IMG/VR virus record: IMGVR_UViG_3300010167_000010
Location: 192,001-256,000 of that record
Source: a virus
Lineage: Duplodnaviria > Caudoviricetes
Reading direction: 5' to 3' (one strand)
DNA: 64,000 bases
The notes under the pieces were generated by a model that saw nothing but the letters and a program-made list of their open reading frames with translations, made no database searches and was not told the DNA's origin. The position numbers and the translations under genes are program-made. Below, in pieces: positions 1 to 12,700 of the stretch. Each line of letters begins with the position of its first letter. Within the stretch, counting starts at the first letter, position 1.

Positions 1-693
1 CATAATTATTTGAATAATGAAGATTGTGAAAGATGGATAAAAGAATGCGGGGAAAGAAAAATTGGTGTATTTATTGCTACTGGTGAACCTTTTCTTTATT
101 GGGATTGGTTAAAAGATTTTTTTATTCCATTATGTAATAAACATAACGTTATATATTTAATATCAACGAACGGTTATTGGGGATTTGATGAAAAAATTCT
201 TCAAGAAATTATAGATTATAAAGTAACAAATATTACACTTTCTGTAGATTATTGGCATCAACAATTTATTCCATTATCTACAATATATAATATATTAAAA
301 GTTTATAAAGATACTAAATGGCCAAAAATTTTTATTTCAGTAACTTGGGATAAAGAACATCCAAAAGAAGAAGTATATTTACCACCATTTGAAAGAAATT
401 TAACTATCATAGATTTTATTAGAGTAGTAGATAGATGGGATAATGATAAAAATATTTTTACTCACGATTTTAATGGAAATATATATTTTCATAAAGATAA
501 AGTTGGGACATCTATATATGATGTCAATTTTACATTAGATAAAGATAAAGCACAATTTGGAAAGGGCCCACAAGAATATTTTTACGATTTTTATAAACGT
601 AATGATATAAAGAGGAAGTTAATTTATTATAACCAAAACAAATGTTTTGTAGATAGGAGTATAATAGAAAAATGCATAGCACAGGTGATTTAA
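1..693 (+). CDS. Radical SAM protein, type A, 5'-truncated by window edge
   Basis: Frame is open from base 1 (CAT AAT TAT TTG). Has TGEPF, ISTNGYWG and LSVDYWH motifs and is collinear with 1409-2056. The CxxxCxxC motif is presumably upstream of the window. Confidence 0.8.
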   Translation, partial: HNYLNNEDCERWIKECGERKIGVFIATGEPFLYWDWLKDFFIPLCNKHNVIYLISTNGYWGFDEKILQEIIDYKVTNITLSVDYWHQQFIPLSTIYNILKVYKDTKWPKIFISVTWDKEHPKEEVYLPPFERNLTIIDFIRVVDRWDNDKNIFTHDFNGNIYFHKDKVGTSIYDVNFTLDKDKAQFGKGPQEYFYDFYKRNDIKRKLIYYNQNKCFVDRSIIEKCIAQVI

Positions 694-1433
694 TTAAAGA
701 TTTGTATAATAAATATTTTAGTACAAATAAAATGGTGGTATTCAAAGTTACTAATAAATGTAATATTGAATGTGAACATTGTAGAGAAAACTCTGGCCCG
801 GATAGAAATGATTTACTTTCATCAGATCATATTAAAAAGGTTTTTGATCAAATTGATGATTCTTGGATAATAACTTTACAAGGTGGAGAACCTTCGCTTT
901 ATTTAGATAAGTGTAAGGAGATTATAGATATAGCTAAATCTAAAAATATTCAGACAGTTTTTTATTCTAATGGTTGGTGGGCAAACAATGAAGACATGTG
1001 TAATAAAATATTTAATCTAGATACAGATATAATAGTCATATCTATAAATAAATGGACTTCAAAAATTATTCCAATAGAAAATGCCAATACTATTGCTGAT
1101 AAAATAAAAGACTTAAAACAAACCCTTATTTATAGTGAATGTTATGAATTTAATCCAGTGTCTAAACAATACTTAAATAATGATAGTTTTGTTATTGAAT
1201 ATGAAATAGATTATAGCGGGAGAGCTAAAATGTTTACTGGTACAAGACTAGTAAGATCTCTTTGCAAAAGATCTGGTTTTACTTTAGAAACAGATGGAGA
1301 AGTTTATGGTAATTGTTGTTTTTCTAGTAATGGTTGTCATTTTGGTCATATTGATAACATAAATATAAACAATTTTTTAGAAAGAAGAAACTTAGGTGGA
1401 TCAATTAAATGTTTGGGACAAGAGAAGAATTAA
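672..1433 (+). CDS. Radical SAM protein with Twitch/SPASM-like C-terminus, type B
   Basis: CNIECEHC, GGEP, SNGWW; C-terminal CKRSGFTLETDGEVYGNCC...FGHI. Confidence 0.9.
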   Translation: MHSTGDLIKDLYNKYFSTNKMVVFKVTNKCNIECEHCRENSGPDRNDLLSSDHIKKVFDQIDDSWIITLQGGEPSLYLDKCKEIIDIAKSKNIQTVFYSNGWWANNEDMCNKIFNLDTDIIVISINKWTSKIIPIENANTIADKIKDLKQTLIYSECYEFNPVSKQYLNNDSFVIEYEIDYSGRAKMFTGTRLVRSLCKRSGFTLETDGEVYGNCCFSSNGCHFGHIDNININNFLERRNLGGSIKCLGQEKN

Positions 1434-2056
1434 CTGATCTTTTTAATTTTAATACTTCAAATAATAAATTTTGTTGTATTCTTCAAATTTCTAATAAATG
1501 TAACATAAGATGTTCTTGTTGTTATAACGAATTTTTAAGAAATTTATCTAACGCTGATGAAATTTTAAGGCCGGAGGTTTTAGAAAAAATTATTAAAACT
1601 TGCGTTGAAAGAGATATTCCTATGTACACAGGTGTAGGTGAACCGTTTGCTTGGTGGGAATATACTAGAGATATTTTAATACCAATGTTAAATAAATATA
1701 ATTCTAAATATATAATTTCTACTAACGGTCTTTGGGGAAATGATAAACAAATTATTCAAGAGGCTTTAACTTCTAATATAAAAAATATGTTTATTTCACA
1801 TGATTGGTGGCATAATCAATCTGTTCCTGTTGAATATATCAATAATATTTTAGAGGCTTTTAAAGACTCTTCTACAAAAGTTTATATAGCTTCTATTTGG
1901 AATAAAGCTCATCCTAAAGGAGAATATACTTATAAATATCATGACCAAATAGAATTTATTTGGTATGATTATGGAAATCAAGTTAATGGTAATACTATTT
2001 TGTCTCATGATAGGGAGGGTAATGTTAAAGATTATAATTTAAGAGGATTAGTTTAA
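1409..2056 (+). CDS. Short radical SAM protein, type A
   Basis: CNIRCSCC, GVGEPF, ISTNGLWG, ISHDWWH; no Cys-rich C-terminal domain. Confidence 0.88.
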   Translation: MFGTREELTDLFNFNTSNNKFCCILQISNKCNIRCSCCYNEFLRNLSNADEILRPEVLEKIIKTCVERDIPMYTGVGEPFAWWEYTRDILIPMLNKYNSKYIISTNGLWGNDKQIIQEALTSNIKNMFISHDWWHNQSVPVEYINNILEAFKDSSTKVYIASIWNKAHPKGEYTYKYHDQIEFIWYDYGNQVNGNTILSHDREGNVKDYNLRGLV

Positions 2057-2913
2057 TGGCTTTTTTAAGCAAAGAAGATTCTTTTAAAATTTATAATAAA
2101 TATGTTTTAGATAGAAGAAACATTTATATAGTTGTTTCATTAAAATGTAATTTAAGTTGCAAACATTGTAGTATGGAATCTAATTCAGATTTAACAATTA
2201 TGCCAGATAATTATATAGAAAAAATAATTAATCAAATAAATAATAAGTGGTCGGTTTGTCCTTTTGGTGGAGAACCTTTTTTATTTCCAGAAAAAATGGA
2301 AAAAATTGCAAATTTATGTTATGAAAAAAATATTTTTTTCCATTTAAATACTAACGCATTTTGGGCCTTTAATAATGATATCTTAAATCTTATTTCTAAA
2401 TTAAAACAAGTTTGTATTGGGTTATCTATTGATGAGTTTCATGAAATACCTATAGAAAATTATATACAAATTTTAGATTATTTTAAAAATAATAAAAATA
2501 TAACTTTTTGGTTAGAAACAGTAAAAAATCATGAAAATGAAGAACGTTTAGATGTTTTAAAAGAAAAAGGAATAGAATATGTTTATTTGGTAGAAAATAT
2601 AAATCCAGTTGGTTATGCAAAAAAGAATTTTAAATTTGAAAATAAAATAAGAAATATTAAAACTTGTAATAATAGAGGATTTGAAATACGACCAGATGGT
2701 CAAATTTACATTTTATGTAATTATCATAAAAATTGCAAAGTTGGCCATATTGACAACGATATTTTTGAAAATTTAAGAAATAAATATTTTCGTAGAATGC
2801 CCAAATTTTTAACATCTAAACAAATAGAATTATGTTGCTTACCTGATGAAATTCATAATAAAAAATGGGATGATCGTTTTTATATTGAAGTACTTTCTGA
2901 TTCAGTTACTTGA
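2056..2913 (+). CDS. Radical SAM protein with Twitch/SPASM-like C-terminus, type B
   Basis: CNLSCKHC, GGEPF, TNAFWA, SIDEFH; C-terminal CNNRGFEIRPDGQIYILC...VGHI. Confidence 0.9.
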   Translation: MAFLSKEDSFKIYNKYVLDRRNIYIVVSLKCNLSCKHCSMESNSDLTIMPDNYIEKIINQINNKWSVCPFGGEPFLFPEKMEKIANLCYEKNIFFHLNTNAFWAFNNDILNLISKLKQVCIGLSIDEFHEIPIENYIQILDYFKNNKNITFWLETVKNHENEERLDVLKEKGIEYVYLVENINPVGYAKKNFKFENKIRNIKTCNNRGFEIRPDGQIYILCNYHKNCKVGHIDNDIFENLRNKYFRRMPKFLTSKQIELCCLPDEIHNKKWDDRFYIEVLSDSVT

Positions 2914-3356
2914 ATTTGCTCTTTTACCTGTAATTTATGAAGTAAATTCATCAAAGTATTTAATCCAACTAAAACATCTGTACTTGCAGTAGTGTTTACT
3001 TCTCTTATGTTAGTTTGCATGTATTGTGGTGATAATTCGCGTTGTTTTTGAGCTAATTCATTTTGTTGTGCAGCTGTAAGTAATTGCATTGTTGGTGCAA
3101 CAAGTTTAGATATTAAATCATTTTTATTAGTTGCAGCTGAAGTTGTTAAAGCAATGAGTTCGGTATTCTTAAAATCTGGTAATCTTTTTCTTACTTCATT
3201 TTTAAGATCTTTTTGATAATCATCTTCATCAATAGCCATTTGAAACGTATTATTAAGAAAACTGGCAAGAGTACTTTCTATAAGTTTTACAGGTGTTGAT
3301 TTTTCTGCTATTGCATGTATTTGTTCTTCTGTTACAATTAGTTCATTATCTGCCAT
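2880..3356 (-). CDS. Hypothetical protein
   Basis: 158-aa ORF with ACTAAATA 4 nt upstream of ATG. Confidence 0.7.
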   Translation of the reverse strand: MADNELIVTEEQIHAIAEKSTPVKLIESTLASFLNNTFQMAIDEDDYQKDLKNEVRKRLPDFKNTELIALTTSAATNKNDLISKLVAPTMQLLTAAQQNELAQKQRELSPQYMQTNIREVNTTASTDVLVGLNTLMNLLHKLQVKEQIQVTESESTSI

Positions 3357-3380
3357 ATAATATTTAGTTAATCTAAATAT

Positions 3381-3677
3381 ATGATAGATATGGTCAAAAA
3401 AGAGTTCAATTTTATTGCAGATAAATTAGCATTAAATATGGATTGTTCTAAAGAAATCGATGAAACTTTACAAATTATAGTTCTCATGGCTTCCGATAAT
3501 ATAGTTGGACAATTAAATAATACAGAAACAGAAAACAAAATTAAAAATTTTATGACATATATTGTAGATATATTTAATAACACTTGTGGAAATTTTCTAG
3601 GTTCTAGATTAGAAGTTGGGATATCTAGAGACATTATGGGAAATATTAGTATATCGTTCCTTTCTATTAAGAAATAA
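3381..3677 (+). CDS. Hypothetical protein
   Basis: 98-aa ORF divergent from 2880-3356, preceded by AGTTAAT. Confidence 0.6.
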   Translation: MIDMVKKEFNFIADKLALNMDCSKEIDETLQIIVLMASDNIVGQLNNTETENKIKNFMTYIVDIFNNTCGNFLGSRLEVGISRDIMGNISISFLSIKK

Positions 3678-3708
3678 TCCGACCTTTCATAACTTTAACT
3701 AATTATTT

Positions 3709-6700
3709 ATGGAACTATTTACTCCTAATTCAAAATACTATCAAAAGGTATTAGATTCTTATACTTCTTCAGATGAATTTATAGCTAACAAAAGAGTTCA
3801 TTTTAATAACGAAATTCCTCCTATAGATTTATATGATATGGTTCACTCTATGATGAGAAATGACCTTTGGAAGTGGTTTTTAGGCTCTTCGTATCTATCT
3901 TATGATATAAATTATAATGAAGCTACAAATGGTTCTGAAATTTTTGATAAAGAGGGAATGATTATGGAAGCCTCTATATCAAAACTTATGAATGGTATCA
4001 GATCTCAAGATTACGGACCAATACCTTATTACAGCCACACTAAAAATGGAACATCTCTTATAAATCCAGAATATCATAGATTAGAAATTAATGGTGTATT
4101 TTTACCTGAAGTAGATTTTATGCTTCATGAAGGATATAGATATCTTAATGTGTTATATCCAGATCATCCAGATTTTATAAATATTTTAACTACAAATGAA
4201 ATAAATGATGAAATAACTCAGGCAGCTGCATTAGTTCATTATAATCCAAATTGTATATTTTTTGATTGGCTAGCTACGGAATTAAATTTTGAATTAGATG
4301 ATTTAGATTTACCTCGTGCTGGTAGAGAAGAAGCAACTAAACTTAAAATTCGTAACTTAAAAAACAATGCTTTTAGAAGAAAACTTTATGGGGCAAAATC
4401 TGGTTATTGGCAATTTGGTAGTGAGATATTCCAACATATAACTATACATCCAGTAGCAGAATATCTTCCATTTAAACCTGTTATAAGAGAAATGTTTGCT
4501 AGATCTTTTCATGTACCTTCTAGACATATAAAATGGTTTAGTAAAATCTATAAAAAACCAGATGAATTTGTTGATAGATCTATAAATAAATTTAATTTAC
4601 TTTATAAAAAATTATTTAGACTTATAGATTGGAATAATGTTAGTTATGATTATTTAAACGAATATGTTCCACCGGAAAAAATATGGGGAACTGCATATCC
4701 AACACCTTATTCATTATATGATGTATACGAATATCCAGCTGAACGAAATGCTTATATGTCGCTATCTATTCAGAATGATTTTTATGTTGGTCAAAAAATT
4801 ACTATAAATGGAAACCCAGCCTTTATAAATGGAATGTGGTCTGAAGATTCTTATCGAGTTAAAGTTAGATTAGTTTATGAAAATGATGAACTTGTAGATC
4901 AACGTTCTTCTTGTATTCAACAAACTTTACATGAATCATTAACTAAAATTCATCTAGATAGTCCAGCATACCCAATTTATATTCCTTTTCAAGTTTATAG
5001 GGGAACTGAGTATACTTTAAATAAAATTTTAGAAATTAAAAATGAAATTAGACAAGAAAATAAAGTTATAAAAGAAAAAAATAAAGAGATAGATAATGAA
5101 GAAGAGCATTATCCATTATTAGAACGATTAGATTTAACTGATTATGAAAATGCTTTATTATCTACAAGTAACCCTTTAACTAGATCTATAAAAGAATTAT
5201 ATAAACTTCTTCCAGACCATACTATTTGTAATTTTGCTCTTAACCCATATCAAGATGGAAACTTATATTTACCTGCATCTCAATTTTTAACTTTATATCC
5301 AGAATGGTTAAATATAACTACAAATAGAGATGATATTCATAATCCATATTTAGTTTATGGTGCAACCCCAATGTCAGAAGATGGTTTTGTAAAGAAAGAA
5401 GATTTAATTATAAATGATTTAATTTATAATACTTATGTTTCTGAAATAGTTGGAATAGAACCTGGTCTTATAAAAATGAGAGTAGAGAAAGCTGAACGTC
5501 TTACTAAAACACAAACTGATATTATTGATGAGATAAATAATTTAGAAAATGCTAAATTTGGTATTATAATTCAATTTGATATTGGGAATGATTTAGTTAG
5601 AAATAAAAAAGTAGTTTTATTTGGAAAACCAAAATTTGATTATATTGCATTAGAAGGAAGAGATGATGGTTTATTTCAAATTACTTATATAACTTTTAAT
5701 ATTGTTGCTATCCCAAAAATTAAATCTCATAATTTATTAAAAGCACTTTATAGAGATTATGAAAACCAAGCTTTACATAAATTTAAAAACTTAGAAATAC
5801 TTTTTGGTGAAGAAGATGGTGAAGCAAGTGAAATATTTAAGAAAAATCATCGAAAATATAAAAACATAACTGATAATTTTGAAAATCTTAATTTTATAAG
5901 AGAAGATTATCAAACAAAGTTTAAAAATTTTAATGATAACATTTTAAGATTAAACAATAGATTTAAAAGCGAAATTTTTAGAAATGTAGAAGTAAGTGAT
6001 GGGCCGATTAGATCATTACAAACTAATTTACGTTCTTTATTAAGTAGTTTTATAAATGTTAGTAATGAATATATTACATCTAATATTGGTAATTTAGAAA
6101 ATGTTAGCTATTTTTGTGAAAGAATAAGAGTCTTAATTCAAAACTTTACATTTAATGACGCTATAACAAATGATATGGCTTTATTATATGAAGATTTAGC
6201 AAAATTAGACATAGAAATAAAAAATTTAGAAAAAGAAAATGAAACTTTAGGTGATTTAAATCAGATTATAGCTAATGCTTATGAAAATAGAAAAATAATT
6301 GAACAAATTATAGAAAAAAGAGAAATTATAATCTTATTTTTACAAGAAAAAATAAAATTAGATAACAATTTTGTATCATTTATTTCTGTTATAGATAGTT
6401 TAAATTATAATGACAATATATTTAATTTTATAGAAGAATGTAAAAAACAAGTTACTATTATAGAAACTTTTATAAATGAGTTCGAATCTAATTTCTTATT
6501 TGAACAACCACAACTTTTTAATTATTATAATGGTTTAATAACTCTTTTAAAAGACAAAATATCTTCATATGATAATCATATTATATATCTTAATGAAACT
6601 TTTAGTAATATAAAAGATTTAATTACCATAATTATAGATAATTATTATCTATCGGAAAATAAACAAAATCTCTTAAAACTTTATTTAGAAAAATTTGTTA

Positions 6701-9700
6701 AAAATGTAAATGATAATGATTTATTATTTAAAAATGTTTTATTTATAGAAGCATACAATAATTTATTATCAATAATTGAAGAATACAATAGTTATTATCT
6801 CCCATGGCTTTTCTGTGAAATTGCAATAGACTTAGACAGGGATTATTATTTAAACTTAGATTCTAATAGATTAAGTAATGAAAAGAGAATAGCTCTTAAT
6901 AATATAAATAGAATTGATTTAATTTTAGATGAATACTTACCAAATAGAGGATTTTTACTTAACCCATTACCATCTGATATTTATATGCGAACAACTGATG
7001 ATGAATTATCTTCTTATTCTTTATTGAATCATCAAGACAGATTTATTGGTACATTATCTATATCATTAGATAAATTTAATGAATTTTTAGAATATAAAAT
7101 TGAAGAATTATACGGAACAGAAGGAGTTATAGAAGATTATACTTTTGGTTCATTAAATACAGCTTCTATTGTAAATAATAATTTAGATATTATTAAACCA
7201 TCAGGAGATTTTTTCGAATCAATAGACACATCAGATAATTCTAATATTTTAGAATTATCTAATTATATTAAAAAATATGAATTGGAAAAATATCATTATT
7301 TAACTTTAAATAAAGATATTATAAAAATTGTAGATAGAACTAATAACAGAAGATTTTCTTTTGCTGTTGCTGGTTTCTTAGAATTATTTTTACCATACGA
7401 AAAAAGAAATAATTTTAGAGGCGAAGCATTTGTTCATAATAGAATAGAGATAAGAGGAATAACTACAGCTGGATCAAAAATTATAGATTTTATTGATGAT
7501 GAGTCTAGATTTAGAATGGCAGCATTATCAACAGGTGATGAAGTTATAGGACCAACAATAGAAAATGACATATTTATTGAAGCTATAAATAACGTTAGAC
7601 ATTTTATTACAGTAAGTGAACCATTAAATGTAACTGGAGATTTTGTTTTAACTTTCTTAACTAAAATGAATTTACATGCTAAAGATATAAGTAAAAACTT
7701 TTTTAGATACAGAAGAGAATTGTCTCGAAATGAACTTATAGATACTGGTTCTATATTAGATCATTATGCTTATGGTGCTGAAGGGTCAAAATATCCATTT
7801 ATATCTAGTGGTTTTGTAAATAGTGTTGTAGATACTTCAAAATATAAAGAAATAACTTTAAAGCATTTAAGAGAACAATCAGTATATAGACGTTTTTTTG
7901 AACAACACGTTTGGGATTTACACAATTTTGGTGAAGATTCAATGACACATTATACTATACCATCTGTAATAAATTCTAGTGGAGATTTATTTTTAGAAGT
8001 TGGTGCTTATAAAACTTATAAAGAATTAAATAGAGATAAACAGAATTATTTAACAGACGGAAATGGAACTTTTAAATTTACAAAAGATCGAGAATATATA
8101 ATGAAAAAAGAAATTCTAGATTATTTCCAAGATTATTTACTAGAACTTTCTAGAGCTTCTGATAAAATAAATATTGGTGTAAATATAAATGCATTTACAC
8201 ATTCAAACGGTACAATATCTCAAATTCCAGATGCAAAATATTCTGATCCAAATATTGACTTAAGATTTTTTACTTATGGTTGGACAGATCAAACAATGCC
8301 TTATTATGTTGATATTGGTATTGGAAAATTAGACGAGTTTTCTAGAACAGGACCAGTTGATGCACAAGCTAAAACATATGAACCTAGATCTTTTTGGAAT
8401 CATGATGTATATGATAATACTTATTTAACAAAATATAAAGATTTAAAATATCAATCTGAAAAAGGAGCATTATCTTATCAAGAATTAAAAGAACAGGGAA
8501 TTGATTTAAGAAAAGCTGATAGATCATTATGGGGAAAGAAAACATTTGAAATAAATAATGAAGCTGATGTTGATCCAATTTATAGTATTCATAGACCAAT
8601 AATGAGAGTTTATCTTGGCGAATATGAAGTTCAAAAATCTATAACATTTGATAATCATTTAACTAGAAGATATACAACTGTTCAATTTTCAGTTATAAAA
8701 CAAGTATTTAAAAATCTTGTTAAAATGAATGAAGAAAAATTAAAAATAGTAAATAAAAAGTTTTTTGAATTAAATATTTTTAGAAATATTTCTTTAAATA
8801 ATTTGAGAACAGTAGATGAAAATGGTGATGATTTACATGTAATTGTTGAAGGACAATATCTTAATTTTAAATATGAGGGTGTTTGGGTGCCAAGAGCTCA
8901 ATTTTATGAAAATAGAAATCAATATTATATACAATACCCACCTCCTCCAACAGATGCTAATAACATTTATTATTATTCTATTGCAGAAAGAATTCAATTA
9001 GTAGCTGTTATAGATGATCAAAATTATGGTGAAAATTCTGATATATACGAAACTACTGAAAGAACTTTTGAAACTGGAACTATTATAGTTTATGAAGATG
9101 AAAAATGGGTTGTAAAAGATTTTATATTCTCAGGTGTTTATGGTGATCAGGTCGCATTAGAAAATATTATGGTAAAGCCAGAAGGTGAAGAAGCCAGAGC
9201 AATAATTGCTAATGCTTATCCAGTATCTAATAATGATGGTTTCTTTACTAATCCAAAAATTACTACTAATAATGATGGTATTGAAGTTTCTACTATTGTA
9301 GAAGAATTAACTCTTAAACATAGATTACTTTTAAAATTACTTATAAATTTAGGTTTATTTACTGGATCAATAGCTAGAACACAATGTTATTCAGTAAAAG
9401 AATTATTAAGTATATATAATACTATCTTCACCCATAAAGAAGATTTAGAAATTATAACTGAAAAATTAAAAGAAGAAATTTTATTAAGAGTAAGAGAAGA
9501 ATTAGAATTAGAAGCACCAGATTTAACTGAAGAAGAATTTGAAGAAGAAATAATTAAAAGATTTGAAATAGAAATTGCTAAAGAAGAATTTGATTTAGAA
9601 ATACAGAGAAGATTTAGAGAAAAAGTTTTAGGAACTGATTATAATATAAACGATACTCAAATAGTAATGTTTCCTAGATCGTTCTCTAATGAATTTACTA

Positions 9701-12700
9701 ATGTTATTTCTAAAAATAATGTTTATTGGTTTAATTATGCTTTTGGGTTTGATTTATTACACGATTGTTTAATAACTCCTGGACAAAATATAGCATTAAT
9801 TTATTTAGAAAACGATTTTAAAATTATTTTATTAAATGAAAATAAATTTACATTTTTAATAGATTCAGCAAGAAAAATAAGAATTAATGAATACGAATAT
9901 TTCTTCTTTATTGGAAAATATGGTTATACAAGTTATCAAAGTGGAAATAATTTAATAACTAAGGATATATTCTTATTTGAAAAAATAGAAAAATATACTA
10001 ATGTTATAGATTTAAAATATAAAAACTTACTTAAAGGTTCAGTAGATATTAAAGTAGCGGTAATTCCACATTTTACAGTAGAGGGTTATCCTTATGATGA
10101 AAATAATGAATTAAAGTATGATGAAAATAATAATCTTGTTGAAGATATTTATGATATAACTCAAGATAATATTTATTATGATAATTTTAACGATAAACTT
10201 TATTCTTTTAATACTATTCATAATGAAAGAATAAAATTTGCTATTAAGCAAGAAGATAATTTATATTTTAAAAATTTATTATTTATATATGGCCAATATC
10301 AAAAATTAGGTGCAACCGTTGGTGGTCAGTTTGTAAATCAAGGTGTTATAACTCCAATTACTGGAATTAGATTTGATGCTGATACAGCTAGTTTATTTGA
10401 TAGAATATTAGAATTAGAACAAATAAATATTCGTTCCCAATTTAATGTAAACTTAGAATCTACTTTATTTTCTTCATATTGTAATATTGAAGGGATAATG
10501 AAAGGCATTTATATTAAAGATAGAAATGCTATAGATGATACTGATGTTTATATTAGCGTAAATTATAGAGACGATAGAGAACCAATTATTACTTCTAATA
10601 AATTAAGATTTTCTACTGAAATACAAAAATTAATGCCAGTCAGAACTTATAATAATGTAACTCAAAATTTCCCAGAATCTATAATAGATTTTGCTGATGC
10701 TAAATGGCCAGATGAACAAAAAATATATCCACCTATTATTCAGTGGGTTGATGTTACAAAATCTATATCAACTGATACAGACTCAATGGCTTTTAAATAT
10801 TTCAAAAATATGTTAGTATTAGAAGGTGAAATAAATATTTATCAACCTAATACTATAAATTTTGGAAAAAATACTAAATTAGCTGATTCATTAAATAATG
10901 TAAAAATAAGTGACGTTATAAATTCTATAGTTGGTATTTCTAATGTAAATACTACATCATATAATAATTATACTTTAACCAATTCTAGTTTTAATATTAA
11001 GTTTATAGATTTTAATAAAAATATAATGATCTTTGTAGCTGATAACGCTATTGGATTAAAATATGTAAAATCGTTACAAGGTTTAGAAAAAGAAGTAGAA
11101 TTAGATGTGCAGTTTGCTGTTCCTAATTTTACAACCGGAACAACTGTGGACTCTTTAACTTGGGATGAAAATATAGATAAATGGGTTATTAGTGTTTCTA
11201 ATCCAAACGGTACTTCTGAAATGTATTCTATTACAGTTTCATCTGAAAATAATTTAACTATAACTCATTCAGATTATTTTATTGAAGAAATATATAATGA
11301 AAAAGGTATTGATATAAATACTTATCAATTTGTAACTATAAAAGATAAAGATTTTGGTGATAATAGATGGGATAATCATAAAACAGTTTTAGCAAGAGAT
11401 GTTTCATTTATTTCAGTACCGATAAGAGATGTACAAAAAGAAACTTTCTTTGCCCCAGAAAATTTTTCTACTTCAAGTAATTTACAATTAAGTAATTCAT
11501 TAGGAAATCCATTAGGTTGGCCTGGTTTAAGAATTTCTGGTAATAGTGGTGTTATTCAAAGTAGAACAAGAATTAATGTTCCTGCAAATGATTATAAAGT
11601 ATTAAGTTTTTCTGTTAAAAAATTAGAAGGAACTGCTGGTGCTCTTATGTCAGCTAATTCTATATCTATCGGTATTCAGACACCTTCATTTAATACTCCA
11701 GCTGATATAGATCAAATTTGGGTATACGATAAAGTTATTCAACGATGGGTTGTTACTGATAATACTCAAGATTTTTATAATTTTATTTCAAATTATAATT
11801 CTACTGAAATTGCAAATGTAGTTACTTATTTAGTCGGCCATGAGTTTGGTAGATATTATGATGTTACAAATAGAGATAGTATTTTTGGTGGACAATTTTT
11901 ATGGAGATTACCAAGACCAGATGTTAATGAAAATATAATAGTTGCTGCTGTAGTTTGTAGACAAAATATAACTAATGTAACTTTAGAAATAACAGTAAAT
12001 AATGATGGAACTACTGGAATAGGACAATTTGATATATTAAATATGTTTGTTTCTACAAAGAAAGAAGTTATAACACATAATAGAACTATAACTAAACAAA
12101 TCTTTGGTGGGTTTCCGCAAGAAGGTATTTCAGAAGAAAACTTTCCCGGAACTATAACGGAGGCCGCGCCATTCTTTATTGGTGAAAGACCAGCTAATGA
12201 TATTTATAACGATAATATTTATGAAGAGGGCCCTTATAATCCTTTAATTAGAAGTGATGATACTTCTATAGAATATCTTTATGAAAAATTTAGAGCTAGA
12301 AGATGGGTAGATTATAATATATTTGATAATCAAGTTATTATTATTGGTTCAACTATATTCTTTTATACTCCAACAAATTATTATTCTCCAATAGCAAATG
12401 GGGAAGAACACTTAAATCTCGATTTAATAACTTCAGAAGGAAGAGACGTATTAGTACCAACTGGAGTAACAGAAGAAAATCATTGGAAGCGCGCTGAATT
12501 ACCTTCTGTATTTAATGGTACATATCAATTATTTAATGAGATGACATTAGATGAAGCATATACTTTAGTTAATGATCAAAGAGATATTACTTTAGCTCAA
12601 ATAACAGCAATTGCAAACGCGGCAAGAGAGGGAATGGATGCTGATTCTCAAAACGCCATCAGTATAGTTTATAAAGCTATTTCTGATTGGATAACTGCAC

